Virus record (IMG/VR): IMGVR_UViG_3300035565_000044 | Span: 1-64,000 of that record | DNA from: a virus | Strand: one strand, 5' to 3' | Length of the DNA: 64,000 nt | Shown: one piece after another, positions 1 to 10,211 of the stretch | Layout of the letters: each line of letters opens with the position of its first letter | How positions within the stretch are numbered: position 1 is the first letter of the stretch | The notes under the pieces: generated by a model | Databases searched by the model: none | What the model was told of the DNA's origin: nothing | The model's input: only the letters and a program-made list of their open reading frames with translations | Position numbers and translations under genes: made by a program

Positions 1-384
1 CGTATCGCTACAGTTAGCGGCCTTGTGGAAGTTCGTATTATCCCAGTGACAACTGCTACTGTTACTGCTGTTGGCGCTGCGACATTTGTTCTTGGTGATT
101 CTGTAACGTCTAATAGTATTATACCATCAACAGCGGTTGCATCTTTTGCTTCTGCTGGATTGATCTGGTATAATAATGCTGGCACAGGCGCTCTTGCGAC
201 GACAATTGCTGCTGATGCTGCTGAAAGCTTGCAGGTTCTTACCTATAGCGGCGCTACAGCCCATAACATTGGCTATACAGTAGGCACATCCGCCCTTCTC
301 ACTGGTGGACTTACCTTCTACATCCAGTGGCGTCCGATAACTCCCTCTGCGACCGTTACAGCAGGCACAGGCGGCGTCCTTTAA
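1..384 (+). CDS. Virion structural protein, 5'-truncated by the window edge
   Basis: Frame is open from position 1; Thr/Ala/Gly-rich; lies in the structural gene run. Confidence 0.6.
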   Translation, partial: RIATVSGLVEVRIIPVTTATVTAVGAATFVLGDSVTSNSIIPSTAVASFASAGLIWYNNAGTGALATTIAADAAESLQVLTYSGATAHNIGYTVGTSALLTGGLTFYIQWRPITPSATVTAGTGGVL

Positions 385-406
385 TCCCTAAGCTAGGAGG
401 ACTGCC

Positions 407-1159
407 ATGACAGTAAGTGGCGTCACATCATTTAGGGGTAAGGTCCGCTTTACAGATACGTTTACCGGAAATGTAAGAGCTAGGTCTCCAATAGTAGCGT
501 ATGTAGGCGATAACCTCACATACGGTACTGGTGGAAGTCGCCCATACAGCTCTTACGTCGTTCCAAACACATGGAATGGACTCCAGCCCGCGAATAGAAC
601 ATTTGCGGCTCCTGGATACACCATTCCCCAGCTTTACAACCAATCTGAACTTGGCCAGCAGAATCATAGGACGGGGGCGACGCTATCACCTCCTAACTAT
701 CTGCACAGCTCAATGGGAACAGATTTTGGTTTAAATATAGCTGTTGTTTGGGCAGGAACAAACGATATCGCTGCTGGTACGCCAGTGGGCACGACATATA
801 GCAGCCTCATCGCCTACATGAATAATATAAGAAGCCGTGGATGGTCCACCATCGTTTGCACGATGATTTCCAGACGTGGCTACGATACGCAGAAGAACCA
901 GCTCAATGCTCTGATTAGCGCTGGTTGGACATCTTTTGCTGGAGGCTACTGCAACCTTGCAGGCGTTCCACAGATTGGAGCGGATGGAGCCTACGCCAAC
1001 ACAACGTACTTCAACGCTGATGGCGTTAACCTCACAGACGCAGGATATGTCCTCGTGGCTCAGGCCGTACAGCCTGTGGTCAATGGTATGATAGCTGGAG
1101 CTACTACAGGTTTTACCAACATAAATGCTGTAGCTGCGGCTCTCATATTCGGTGGCTAA
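407..1159 (+). CDS. SGNH/GDSL hydrolase-fold protein, probably catalytically inactive
   Basis: Blocks YVGDNLTYG, WAGTND and DGVNL correspond to the GDS, GxND and DGxH blocks, with Ser->Asn and His->Asn; RBS AGGAGG. Confidence 0.75.
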   Translation: MTVSGVTSFRGKVRFTDTFTGNVRARSPIVAYVGDNLTYGTGGSRPYSSYVVPNTWNGLQPANRTFAAPGYTIPQLYNQSELGQQNHRTGATLSPPNYLHSSMGTDFGLNIAVVWAGTNDIAAGTPVGTTYSSLIAYMNNIRSRGWSTIVCTMISRRGYDTQKNQLNALISAGWTSFAGGYCNLAGVPQIGADGAYANTTYFNADGVNLTDAGYVLVAQAVQPVVNGMIAGATTGFTNINAVAAALIFGG

Positions 1160-1179
1160 TTTAAAATAAGGAGGCCACG

Positions 1180-1746
1180 ATGGCCATTCTTCCATACACT
1201 TACTACCCAGAGGTTAAGGCGGGGCGCGTTTTCTACGGTTCTACTGCGGCTGGCGGCGTTGCTCTTCCCATTTCAACTGGTACTGCTGTTACATTCGCCC
1301 TTTGGAATACTGATCCTGGTAAGGTCATGATTCCTCTGTGGTTTTCTGCTGCATATGCTTCCGGTGTTATCGTGGTTAGCCAGATTGGCTTTACTACACA
1401 GACAGTTGGGTTGACAGGCGGCGCCACTGGCCTTCCTGTCGCAGCCTATACGGCAGGAACAGCGAAGAACGCAAATAGTGGTTCTGGATATAATTCCACA
1501 GCTACATTCATCCCAGCAACAGCTACTCTGACGGCTGGTAACGCGGCTGGCGTCCCTGTGTACTATACAGGAATGCAGTTCAATACCACGACCGCTGGTA
1601 ACGGCGCTTACTGGATGGATCACGAGTTTAATGGACGCATTATACTTCAACCAGGACAGATTATGTTCGCTTGCGGAAATGCTGCTCAGACAGCTCTTTT
1701 GTCAATGACGCTGGCTTGGGATGAACTTCCAATCGCTTCTATGTAA
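1180..1746 (+). CDS. Virion structural protein (hypothetical)
   Basis: 188 aa, RBS AAGGAGG, small-residue beta-rich composition, in structural operon. Confidence 0.65.
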   Translation: MAILPYTYYPEVKAGRVFYGSTAAGGVALPISTGTAVTFALWNTDPGKVMIPLWFSAAYASGVIVVSQIGFTTQTVGLTGGATGLPVAAYTAGTAKNANSGSGYNSTATFIPATATLTAGNAAGVPVYYTGMQFNTTTAGNGAYWMDHEFNGRIILQPGQIMFACGNAAQTALLSMTLAWDELPIASM

Positions 1747-1757
1747 TAGGAGCTAAA

Positions 1758-2165
1758 ATGGCTATAAAAGCAAACACATCAATACTATACGATGGCATTC
1801 GTAATGCTGTTGTCCAGCTAACGGGTATTAGTGACGGTGTTGATAACGAAAATAACGTCGTTAAAGTTGATGTGTCTCAGCTTGGCCTATCCCCTCAGAA
1901 CCGTCCTTGCGTTAAGGTAAGCGTTCTAGAAATAGCGTTCAATGTTTCTAGGGGGCAGGTGACGTTAGCATGGGATGCGCTGGACCCGGTCCCGTTCGAG
2001 AACTTGGAAGGCAATAGGACTATAAAGTACTGGTTTTCCAGTGGTTTGCATAACGACTTTATGCAGGCTAATGGCGCAACAGGAAATATCGTTCTATCGA
2101 CTTCCAATGTTGAGCCAGGAAGCACTTATACTATAATGCTTCAGCTCAAGAAGAAATATCAATAA
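1758..2165 (+). CDS. Virion structural protein (hypothetical)
   Basis: 135 aa, RBS AGGAG, operonic. Confidence 0.65.
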   Translation: MAIKANTSILYDGIRNAVVQLTGISDGVDNENNVVKVDVSQLGLSPQNRPCVKVSVLEIAFNVSRGQVTLAWDALDPVPFENLEGNRTIKYWFSSGLHNDFMQANGATGNIVLSTSNVEPGSTYTIMLQLKKKYQ

Positions 2166-2189
2166 TTATCCACTTCCTGGAGAACATAA

Positions 2190-2927
2190 ATGCCTATTAC
2201 CAGCCAAATGCAGGGAACTCCCTCCATTGTTCTGCCTACACCAGCGGCTACCGGCCCAAATCAGGTTGTAAACGTTCGCACAGACCAGTACGGAAACCTT
2301 TCTGTTAACAACCGCATTCCAACAAAGGGCGCTCTGGCTCTTGAGGGTGTGTACTACTCTGCGAATAATGCTCAGTCTGGTATTGCCACTGCGGCGGCGG
2401 TTACTGCTTTTTCTGCGGTTAACCCATTCCTGACAATCTGGAATACAGCTAGCGCTTCTAATACAGCGTCTGCACACATTGTGCTTGACTATATCTCGCT
2501 TGTGGCGACAGCGGCAGGCACAGGCGGTACTTCTTTGCAGTGCGCTGTGGTGATCGATTCTTATAATCGCTACACCTCTGGCGGTACGGCTCTGACGCCA
2601 CAGAAGAGCGATAGCTATGGAGCTCCTTCGATTGCTCAGGTTTATGCTGGCAACATTGTGGCGGCGGCGGCTCTGTCTTCTGCGCGCACCCCTGTTGGCC
2701 TGCGCTATCTGAAAGGCGCCATTCCGGTGGCTGGCGATACCTACACCTTGCAGTTTGGCTCGGTTGACTCGGTTTCGTCCCTCCAGGCCGCGACCATCAC
2801 ATTCTCTGAGCAGCATATGCCGCCTATCGCTGTCAATCCTGGTGAAATTGCTCTGGTCTACATCTGGTTGCCTTCTCAGTCGGCAGCTAGCTCGTATGCT
2901 CCAGAAATTGGCTGGTACGAAGTCTAA
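2190..2927 (+). CDS. Virion structural protein (hypothetical)
   Basis: 245 aa, RBS GGAG, followed by a hairpin. Confidence 0.65.
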   Translation: MPITSQMQGTPSIVLPTPAATGPNQVVNVRTDQYGNLSVNNRIPTKGALALEGVYYSANNAQSGIATAAAVTAFSAVNPFLTIWNTASASNTASAHIVLDYISLVATAAGTGGTSLQCAVVIDSYNRYTSGGTALTPQKSDSYGAPSIAQVYAGNIVAAAALSSARTPVGLRYLKGAIPVAGDTYTLQFGSVDSVSSLQAATITFSEQHMPPIAVNPGEIALVYIWLPSQSAASSYAPEIGWYEV

Positions 2928-2933
2928 GGCTAA

Positions 2934-2957
2934 TGGCGGCTCCTTCGGGGGCCGCTA
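2934..2957 (+). terminator. GC-rich hairpin with a TTCG loop, probable terminator
   Basis: TGGCGGCTCC-TTCG-GGGGCCGCTA. Confidence 0.55.
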
Positions 2958-2961
2958 TCCT

Positions 2962-2977
2962 TGTTTCACGTGGAACT
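2962..2977. promoter_or_regulatory. parS-like palindrome 1
   Basis: TGTTTCACGTGGAACT versus parS consensus TGTTTCACGTGAAACA. Confidence 0.75.
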
Positions 2978-2994
2978 AGCGCCAAGGGGCGAGA

Positions 2995-3480
2995 ATGTCT
3001 AAATATATAGCACAACTGAACTATACGTTCACGCCCTCGACGCGAACTGTAGATTTCAGAGGGCAGAATGGATTTGATCCAAGGTATCTTCTTGCCATAA
3101 GCAACCTTACCGCAAATCAGATCATATATACGGCTGGAATTTCCGGATTTGGATTTTCTTCTATTGACGCTACGGGCCGTATAATTACATTGCAGTATAA
3201 CACTCAGCTAATGAGCTCTAGTGATCTTCTGCAATTCCATTATGACGATCAATTAGACGCGCTTTCTGACATCAGCTCCATGATGACAGGAACCGCAGAC
3301 CCGGATAAATCTGTCAGCGGCCTTGGCGCTTGGGTTAAGGAGCCTACAGTCCAAGAACTTCTGCGTCGTCTCATTGTTGAAGTGAGAGTTGGAACAATTG
3401 TTACAGCTTATGGTCTTGGTATATCTGAGGTTGACATAGACGGTATGGTCACTGGTATGTACACTGATATGACCATATAA
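2995..3480 (+). CDS. Hypothetical virion protein
   Basis: 161 aa ORF with an N-terminal YTFTPSTRTVDF motif of the kind seen in tail-associated proteins. Confidence 0.6.
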   Translation: MSKYIAQLNYTFTPSTRTVDFRGQNGFDPRYLLAISNLTANQIIYTAGISGFGFSSIDATGRIITLQYNTQLMSSSDLLQFHYDDQLDALSDISSMMTGTADPDKSVSGLGAWVKEPTVQELLRRLIVEVRVGTIVTAYGLGISEVDIDGMVTGMYTDMTI

Positions 3481-3489
3481 TAGTGTCAA

Positions 3490-5088
3490 ATGAGCACGCG
3501 TCCCAACAAAGAACGCACCTACCTTGACCTTGGCTCCTACAATGTCACATGCGATAGGTGCGGAAAGAAAATTAAGAACACCAGCGCCAGGAAAGAATGG
3601 ACTGGCCTGATTGTCTGTGGACGGTGCTTAGACGAGCGCCATCCACAGGACTTTGTGCGTGCTCGCGTAGACCATATGACTGTTCCGGTTGCGCGTCCGC
3701 TCCCGGTATTCACATTTCTAACCACGCCAAATACCGGGATAACCGGAAGGCTCTTGACGCCACTCCCATCAGGGCCAGAAAACGTTTGGGACAATGGGAA
3801 CATAGTCAACGTCAGCGTAACGGGCGGGGCGCTGGCGTCAGTGATGGAGCTCCAGCTTTTAGGTGGGGCGAACCTGATTGCGATACAAGGGACAAATGGC
3901 TGGGAAGTTCTGCAATTCCAGAATGCTACTTTGGTTTCAGGAACGACATATAATCTAACAAAACTCCTTAGGGCAAGATACGGAACATATCAGAATATGG
4001 GCGCTCCTACTGGAGCGCTTTTTGTCTATTTAGGGCAGGCGTCTCCATCCGTATCTGCATGGATACAAACAGAACTTGGTTTGAACGTCCTATCTCAGCT
4101 TAACATATCGACGCCAATCCCACTGTATCAGCAGAGCATTATTACGACTGTTGGCGCTGGGGCTATCGTTGTCCCACTTGGCTTCACAAGAATGAAGGCT
4201 GAGGCAATTGGTGGAGGCGGCTCTGGCTCTAGCAATAATAGCTTCATATCAAGCGGTGGCGGTGGAGGTGGCGCTTACGCTGTCACCAATTCTATAACTG
4301 TAAATCCAGGAAGTGTGGTCTATACCTATGTTGGGGCCGGAGGCGCTTCACCAGCTTCGCCTCTATCTGGAAATAACGGTTATGACTCATGGGTCAATAT
4401 CGCTAACGGTTCTTCTCCAATAGATAAAACTCAAGGTTGTTTAGCTAAGGCTGGCGTAGGGGCGGTGTTTCTTACTGGAGGATTAGGCGGCGCAGCGGCG
4501 TCTTGCATTGGAGACACTGTCTATTCTGGCGGAAACGGTGGACGTGGTGGAGCGCACGGCGCATCATACTACGGCGGCGGTGGCGGCGGCGGTGGTTCAG
4601 CAGGGCCAGTTGGCGCTGGCAAGAATGGCGGTGGCGACGGCAGTGGCTCTTATGCGGGCGGCAGCGGCGGCGGCGGCGCAAATGATGGGGCTTCTACTGC
4701 TGGCGCAACCCCTGTAGCTATGGTTGGTGGTTCAGGCGGCCTAGGAGGACTAGGGACGGGCGCTGGCGTTGGTGGGCTATCTAACAGCGTAGGAACCGCT
4801 GGCACGGCTGGCGGAGGCGGTGGCGGCGCTGGTGGGGCCACTAATCCTAACAACGGGTTCCCTGGTGGTCCAGGCGGCATGGATACAGCTTTTGACTCCA
4901 CTCATGGCGCTGGCGGCGGAGGCGGCGGCGGAGGCGGCGCTGATTTGACTGTCGTCCCAACAGGCGGCTACGGGGGCAATGGCGGCGGTTACGGCGGTGG
5001 CGGTGGCGGTGGTGGATATGGATCAACCACAAATGGCCTTGGCGGGCGCGGCGCACAAGGCATTATCGTTATAACTTTCTATCCCTGA
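3490..5088 (+). CDS. Chimeric tail protein: Zn-ribbon + GTA-type tail (Rcc01698-like) segment + glycine-rich domain
   Basis: CDRCG..CGRCLDERHPQDF; GANLIAI..WEVLQFQNATLV..YNLTKLLRARYGT; long GGxGG tract ending GAQGIIVITF. Confidence 0.7.
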   Translation: MSTRPNKERTYLDLGSYNVTCDRCGKKIKNTSARKEWTGLIVCGRCLDERHPQDFVRARVDHMTVPVARPLPVFTFLTTPNTGITGRLLTPLPSGPENVWDNGNIVNVSVTGGALASVMELQLLGGANLIAIQGTNGWEVLQFQNATLVSGTTYNLTKLLRARYGTYQNMGAPTGALFVYLGQASPSVSAWIQTELGLNVLSQLNISTPIPLYQQSIITTVGAGAIVVPLGFTRMKAEAIGGGGSGSSNNSFISSGGGGGGAYAVTNSITVNPGSVVYTYVGAGGASPASPLSGNNGYDSWVNIANGSSPIDKTQGCLAKAGVGAVFLTGGLGGAAASCIGDTVYSGGNGGRGGAHGASYYGGGGGGGGSAGPVGAGKNGGGDGSGSYAGGSGGGGANDGASTAGATPVAMVGGSGGLGGLGTGAGVGGLSNSVGTAGTAGGGGGGAGGATNPNNGFPGGPGGMDTAFDSTHGAGGGGGGGGGADLTVVPTGGYGGNGGGYGGGGGGGGYGSTTNGLGGRGAQGIIVITFYP

Positions 5089-5098
5089 GGATTTAAAA

Positions 5099-5614
5099 TT
5101 GTCTAGTGGACTCCTCGCCCCTGTGATCATAACCGGATTGAATGATGGCGGCAACATCGTCATAAGCTGGGTAAGGTGCTCACGCATACCTGGAATTGAA
5201 CAAGATAATTGGTCTTCTCAGTACTTTGAAGCTCCACTTGATTCTATTGATGAAAGATATGAAGTAGACGTTATATCCCCATCAGGTTCAGTAGTCAGAA
5301 CGCTGTACGCCATAGGCTCCCCAACAGCAAACTACACAGTTGCTAATCAGACGGCTGATTTTGGAACTGTACAATCAACATATACGATAAATGTTTATCA
5401 AACCGACCAGATATTGGGCAGGGGATCATATAGGCAGGCTGTTTTGAACGTGGCTTCTCTTAAAAACTTGAAACATTATAATAATATGGTTATTGAATTA
5501 GATGTAACGATTTCAATGTCAGCTTCGTTTGCAATTGTTCATGGCGTATATCCCATTCCATTCATTTTTGGTGGAGCCCCGATATCATCTGCGCCTCTTG
5601 GCGGAAGCTTATAG
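5099..5614 (+). CDS. Tail protein resembling the extreme C-terminal domain of GTA-type megatron proteins
   Basis: ISWVRCSRI..DNW..PL..ERYEVDV..VVRTL..YT.A.Q.ADFG motif. Confidence 0.65.
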   Translation: MSSGLLAPVIITGLNDGGNIVISWVRCSRIPGIEQDNWSSQYFEAPLDSIDERYEVDVISPSGSVVRTLYAIGSPTANYTVANQTADFGTVQSTYTINVYQTDQILGRGSYRQAVLNVASLKNLKHYNNMVIELDVTISMSASFAIVHGVYPIPFIFGGAPISSAPLGGSL

Positions 5615-5628
5615 TAGGAACATAAGTC

Positions 5629-6240
5629 ATGGCGATACCAAAATTAGTAAATTTAGCGCAGATGACCACGCCGACAGTCGGAACTGGCCAGATAACAATG
5701 GGCGCGGCTACGACAACATACAGGACGTTTGCGGCGGCTGGCATTGTTAATGGCGATACGGTTAGTTACTCTATTTTAGACTCAGGCCAACGTGAGTACG
5801 GCACAGGCGTCATAACGGTAGTCGGCTCTATTATGACTATGACAAGAGTGCTTAGAGGATCAACAACTGGTTCTCTATTGAACCTAAGCGGTGGAGCTGT
5901 CGTATCGTTAACGCCAGCAGCGGAAGATTTCCCTAATTTATCACAAACCGTTGTAACGGCCACGCCATACACGGCTCTGACTACAGACAAAAACATATTC
6001 ATAGCTCTTTTGGCTAATAATATATGCACCATAACACTTCCATTGGCGGCGGCAATGGGAGGTAGTCTTTTTATAAAAGACGCATTAGGAATTGCTCTGG
6101 TTTATAACCATCAGATAAAAACATCTGGTTCTGACGTTTTTGAAGGCGGCGGAACTACATTTACGTATTATACAAACTATCAGGGACAAGAGTTCATACC
6201 CGTCCTTCTAGGAACGACATGGACATGGAGCGTAAGATGA
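5629..6240 (+). CDS. Tail-fibre-associated protein
   Basis: N-terminal MTTPTVGTGQITMGAA..YRTF..GDTVSYSI..EYGTG motif typical of tail-fibre adaptor domains. Confidence 0.6.
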   Translation: MAIPKLVNLAQMTTPTVGTGQITMGAATTTYRTFAAAGIVNGDTVSYSILDSGQREYGTGVITVVGSIMTMTRVLRGSTTGSLLNLSGGAVVSLTPAAEDFPNLSQTVVTATPYTALTTDKNIFIALLANNICTITLPLAAAMGGSLFIKDALGIALVYNHQIKTSGSDVFEGGGTTFTYYTNYQGQEFIPVLLGTTWTWSVR

Positions 6241-9101
6241 GAATACTTGCTATCGTTGGTTGGATTGCGCTATGTTTGGTGGCTGGCGTCGGCGCTGGCG
6301 AGTTCCTGTCGTCCATAGCCTCAGCACAGTCTGGACAGCTCCGTCCAGGTTCTATATGGGGGAACCCAACGACAGGCGCGGCTCCCGGCCGTGATAGTAC
6401 GCCTACTGATATAATGGACTCTAAGGGCGTATTCTATGTGGATGATTATACCACGTATGCAGATTTTATCCATGACGATACCCCGGCATTCACAGCGGCT
6501 TTGGCGGCAGCAAACGCTGCTGGCGGCGGTACTGTTTATATTAGCCAGAAACATTATTGGATAAATACAGCAAATTTAACTATAGGAAAGCGCGTAACTC
6601 TTCAGTGCACAAGCCATCCTAGCAAGATGACCTCTGGATTTGATTTTAGAAATCTTCCATGTACGCTATATATGACGTCTCCATATGGAATAATTCTTAA
6701 TGGTTCCATAAAAGACGTTAATCTTCTTACATACGCTACTCAGTTGTACACTCAAAATCCAACAACTCGTGCTGCAATGAGAGCATATGTTGCTGGATTT
6801 ACGGGTACTGGCATTACTATTGGAGATGGAACTACAGCAGGTTCACAGATTGCTGATAACGCCACCATTGATAATGTTTTAATAGGTGGCTTTGGAACAT
6901 GTATTATCCAAAATCAAGCCGACCATACCTTAATAAAGGACGTTCTTGGCGATTGCACTAATGGTTTAGATATATCAAAGTCTTTTGATGATAATAGGCT
7001 TCGTGGCATAGAATTCTGGCCATTCACTACGACAAATAAGACCCATTCTTTCGACACATGGACAGTAACTAACGCAGCAGATAACGGTCTTGGCGCATGG
7101 CGTTTGACTCTCTCTGCTCCTAGCGATATCGCTACAGGTGAACAGCTTTGGGTATCACAAGGAACTGGAGCGGAAGGTGCTGGCGGACTCTATACCGTAA
7201 CCGCTGTAGATACTACGCATGTTGATTTGCAGGGCTCTGTGGTGTCTCCATCCACTACAGGAACGACAATCCAGGGTTCAACATATGTTGCAGTTACATC
7301 AACTGATGATTTGCAACCTGGAATGTCAGTCACGGGCGTTGGAATCCCAGCAGGCGCCGTGATTGGAGCCGTATGGACGACACGCCCTGCTATCAGCCTT
7401 GACCAAGCTCATCCAGCTACGGCTGCTGGCGTTGGCGTCGCTCTAACATTTGCCAGCAATGCATATGTTTCTGGAAAAACAATCGCATACAATTCCACAT
7501 GGCGCTCTGGCACTGGGTTCCGCATTGGCAGGGCTGATGGAACAACCTGCGAAGGCTGCTTTGACTTTGGATTTCACATTGGTTTCAACTTTAACCAAGC
7601 TGTCGGCGTAAGTTTTACAAACACACAACACGATCAGCACCAGCGCGTACCGAATAAGAATAATGTTGATATTGGAATGGAATTTACCGGAGCTGCTACC
7701 TATAGCAACTATATTTCAGGGTCAATGGTCACATGCGGAGGCGTATGCGTTGTATCTAATACTACTGGGAATGCTGTAAGCAATAACAACGTTATTGATG
7801 GGTATAGACTACCAACAAGTATTGCAAAGTCAACAGCTATTGAGATAGCGGCTGGTGGTTTGACGACAACAAATATAGTTAGCGCATCTGATCAAGTTAT
7901 TCTCATAGACAATGCTGCAAATATTGGAACATTTCACGGAAACTCAGCCGCAAATACAAAAATATACAGCACTGGAACATATAACAGATTTGTTGGAGCT
8001 GGAAACTTCTATGGTGGACAGATTGAATACCAAAGTCCAACAAATGAGTATGCGCAAAAATATACAGCAACTAATAGTATACCTTCTGGAACAACAAGCT
8101 ATGATCTTTATGACTCAACACAAGGTGCTGATAGTAAGTATTGGAGATGGTCAGCATCCGGTGGCGTGCTAAGGGGACAGACAGCAAATGACGCATATAG
8201 TTCTGCCGCCAATTGGATAACTGTAACCAGATCAGCTAACGTTCCATCAGTATCTACATTTGCGACTCAACTAGTGACAAAGGCTTCTGCTACTACTGGT
8301 TCTGGGTTTAATGTTCCACATGGGACAGCTCCAACAACTCCTGCTAATGGGGATATATGGACGACTACAGCAGGACTTTATTCTTATATAAATGGAACTT
8401 CATATCAATATTTACCAGTAAGTTCTACACTATCTCCAACATTTGGTAGTGGCGTTAGGCTAAACAGTACGGCTGGAAGCTATCAATGGTATGCTTCTGG
8501 CGCTGGTGTTGACCAAAAATTCTGGGATTTGTATGAGGGAACATCGGGTAACCTCGCATTTAGAAGCGTTAATGACGCCTTTACCCTATCAAATTCATGG
8601 CTAACATTCAATAGAGCCTCTGGATATACCATAGGTACGATATCGACTGCGGCTCCATTGACCGGAGGAACAGCCGCTTCCTCAAGCCTTATCCTAGAGT
8701 CCACATCTGGCGCTGGCACAACAGACTCCATTGTTTTGAAAACAGGTTCTCAGGTCCAGGCTGGCGTGTTTGATACAACGCAGCATTTTCAACCTGGAAA
8801 TGCCACAGCTCCTACAATAGCTAGCGCCGCCTGTGGCGCTCTGACAAACGGCGCTGTCGTAGCTGGCTCAAATGATCAAGCTATGAGCATCACGATTGGC
8901 GCGGCTGCAACCACATCTTGCGCAATAACTTTTGCAGGAACATGGGCGACAGCGCCGCGCGCTTGCATGTTCACTCCAGCTAACGCCACAGCAGCGGCAC
9001 AGGGAACGACGCTAGCCTATGTTAGTTCGATCACTGCGACAACCCTTACAATAACGGGCGCGGCTCTGGCTAACGCCAACTACTACATCCATTGCTACTG
9101 A
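6237..9101 (+). CDS. Tailspike/depolymerase-like beta-helix protein with an N-terminal signal-peptide-like segment
   Basis: ATGA overlap with upstream gene; DDTPAFTAALAAA..GGGTVYI pectate-lyase-3-like cap; hydrophobic N-terminus ending ASA|QS. Confidence 0.7.
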   Translation: MRILAIVGWIALCLVAGVGAGEFLSSIASAQSGQLRPGSIWGNPTTGAAPGRDSTPTDIMDSKGVFYVDDYTTYADFIHDDTPAFTAALAAANAAGGGTVYISQKHYWINTANLTIGKRVTLQCTSHPSKMTSGFDFRNLPCTLYMTSPYGIILNGSIKDVNLLTYATQLYTQNPTTRAAMRAYVAGFTGTGITIGDGTTAGSQIADNATIDNVLIGGFGTCIIQNQADHTLIKDVLGDCTNGLDISKSFDDNRLRGIEFWPFTTTNKTHSFDTWTVTNAADNGLGAWRLTLSAPSDIATGEQLWVSQGTGAEGAGGLYTVTAVDTTHVDLQGSVVSPSTTGTTIQGSTYVAVTSTDDLQPGMSVTGVGIPAGAVIGAVWTTRPAISLDQAHPATAAGVGVALTFASNAYVSGKTIAYNSTWRSGTGFRIGRADGTTCEGCFDFGFHIGFNFNQAVGVSFTNTQHDQHQRVPNKNNVDIGMEFTGAATYSNYISGSMVTCGGVCVVSNTTGNAVSNNNVIDGYRLPTSIAKSTAIEIAAGGLTTTNIVSASDQVILIDNAANIGTFHGNSAANTKIYSTGTYNRFVGAGNFYGGQIEYQSPTNEYAQKYTATNSIPSGTTSYDLYDSTQGADSKYWRWSASGGVLRGQTANDAYSSAANWITVTRSANVPSVSTFATQLVTKASATTGSGFNVPHGTAPTTPANGDIWTTTAGLYSYINGTSYQYLPVSSTLSPTFGSGVRLNSTAGSYQWYASGAGVDQKFWDLYEGTSGNLAFRSVNDAFTLSNSWLTFNRASGYTIGTISTAAPLTGGTAASSSLILESTSGAGTTDSIVLKTGSQVQAGVFDTTQHFQPGNATAPTIASAACGALTNGAVVAGSNDQAMSITIGAAATTSCAITFAGTWATAPRACMFTPANATAAAQGTTLAYVSSITATTLTITGAALANANYYIHCY

Positions 9102-9111
9102 GAAAGATACA

Positions 9112-9501
9112 ATGTCTGTCCTTACCCCCACCTCAGCCGCTTCAGTTATAAACTGGATGACGGGGAACGCTACGGCGACAACATCGACAAGATATATCGC
9201 TATGTATGCTGGAGACCCTACGGCGGGTGGGGTTGAGCAGACGTTCAACCTCACTGGCGCCACTACCAGAACCAATATCACATCTAGCATACCATCTGCA
9301 TCTTCCGGAAGCGTTACGAATAACGTCGCCATCGTTATCACAGCATCAACCATAATAGCTTGCAGCGTTAACTATTTCGCAATCATGAGCGCCGCTACTG
9401 GCGGAATAGTGGTGGCGTACAAGCCTATAACGCTGATAAACCTTGGCGTTGGCGACTCTCTTACGATACCCATTGGAAGCTTAACTATAGCGATACCATA
9501 A
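9112..9501 (+). CDS. Small virion/tail protein
   Basis: YIAMYAGDPT motif; Thr/Ser-rich; 129 aa. Confidence 0.6.
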   Translation: MSVLTPTSAASVINWMTGNATATTSTRYIAMYAGDPTAGGVEQTFNLTGATTRTNITSSIPSASSGSVTNNVAIVITASTIIACSVNYFAIMSAATGGIVVAYKPITLINLGVGDSLTIPIGSLTIAIP

Positions 9502-9572
9502 GATGACAGATCACGTAATATCAGTTAATTTGAATATAGAAGTTGACGCTAAGGCGGAGACGCCTGTCCCAG

Positions 9573-9588
9573 ATTTTCACGTGAAACA
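9573..9588. promoter_or_regulatory. parS-like palindrome 2
   Basis: ATTTTCACGTGAAACA. Confidence 0.65.
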
Positions 9589-9650
9589 ACAGATGTCTAT
9601 CATAATTGAGAATGTATCGTTCTCAGTTGGCCGGATAGAGGAAAAAGAAG

Positions 9651-10211
9651 ATGGTAAACACTAGTCCTATATTCGGCTTACAGTATCTGTTTCAGAATCA
9701 AAGCCAGAAAGAGGTCTATGTAAATCAAGACCTTACGGTAATTGACGCCTTTCTTCAGCCTACCGTCATAAGCAACGTTGTCTATACGCCTCCGCCTACG
9801 CCTGCCGATGGGGACAAATACATCGTTCCTACTGGTTCTTCTGGAGTTTGGGCTGGTCAAACCAACGCCATCGCCATGTACAGCGCTCCAAGCATGTACT
9901 GGTCATTTTACACTCCTAAAATTGGATGGATAGTGTATAATCAGGCGTATCCAGGGCTGTTCCTATTCACGGGAACGGCTTGGACGCCTTACATACTAAG
10001 GGGAACTTTTACCCTTACCCCTAGCGCTACATCAACAGTGATTACAACATCAGCGTGTTTTACGACAAGCGTTGTGCTATATTCTCCAAATACGCCAAAC
10101 GCCGCTAACGATATGGCCACAACTTCCATCGTCCCTGCGAACGGAAGTTTCACAATAACCCATGCGAATAATGCCAGAGTGGATAGGACGTTCAAATATG
10201 TCATTGTCTAA
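9651..10211 (+). CDS. DUF2793-like protein (GTA head-spike base family)
   Basis: GLQYL..QSQKEVYVN..L..ID..PPPTPADGDKYIV..G.WAGQ..IA..WSF..P..GW. Confidence 0.75.
   Translation: MVNTSPIFGLQYLFQNQSQKEVYVNQDLTVIDAFLQPTVISNVVYTPPPTPADGDKYIVPTGSSGVWAGQTNAIAMYSAPSMYWSFYTPKIGWIVYNQAYPGLFLFTGTAWTPYILRGTFTLTPSATSTVITTSACFTTSVVLYSPNTPNAANDMATTSIVPANGSFTITHANNARVDRTFKYVIV

Noticed and set aside
4200-5060. GGC-rich tandem repeats (also near 14520 and 25200-25860)
   Set aside because: They are codon runs of glycine-rich tail domains.
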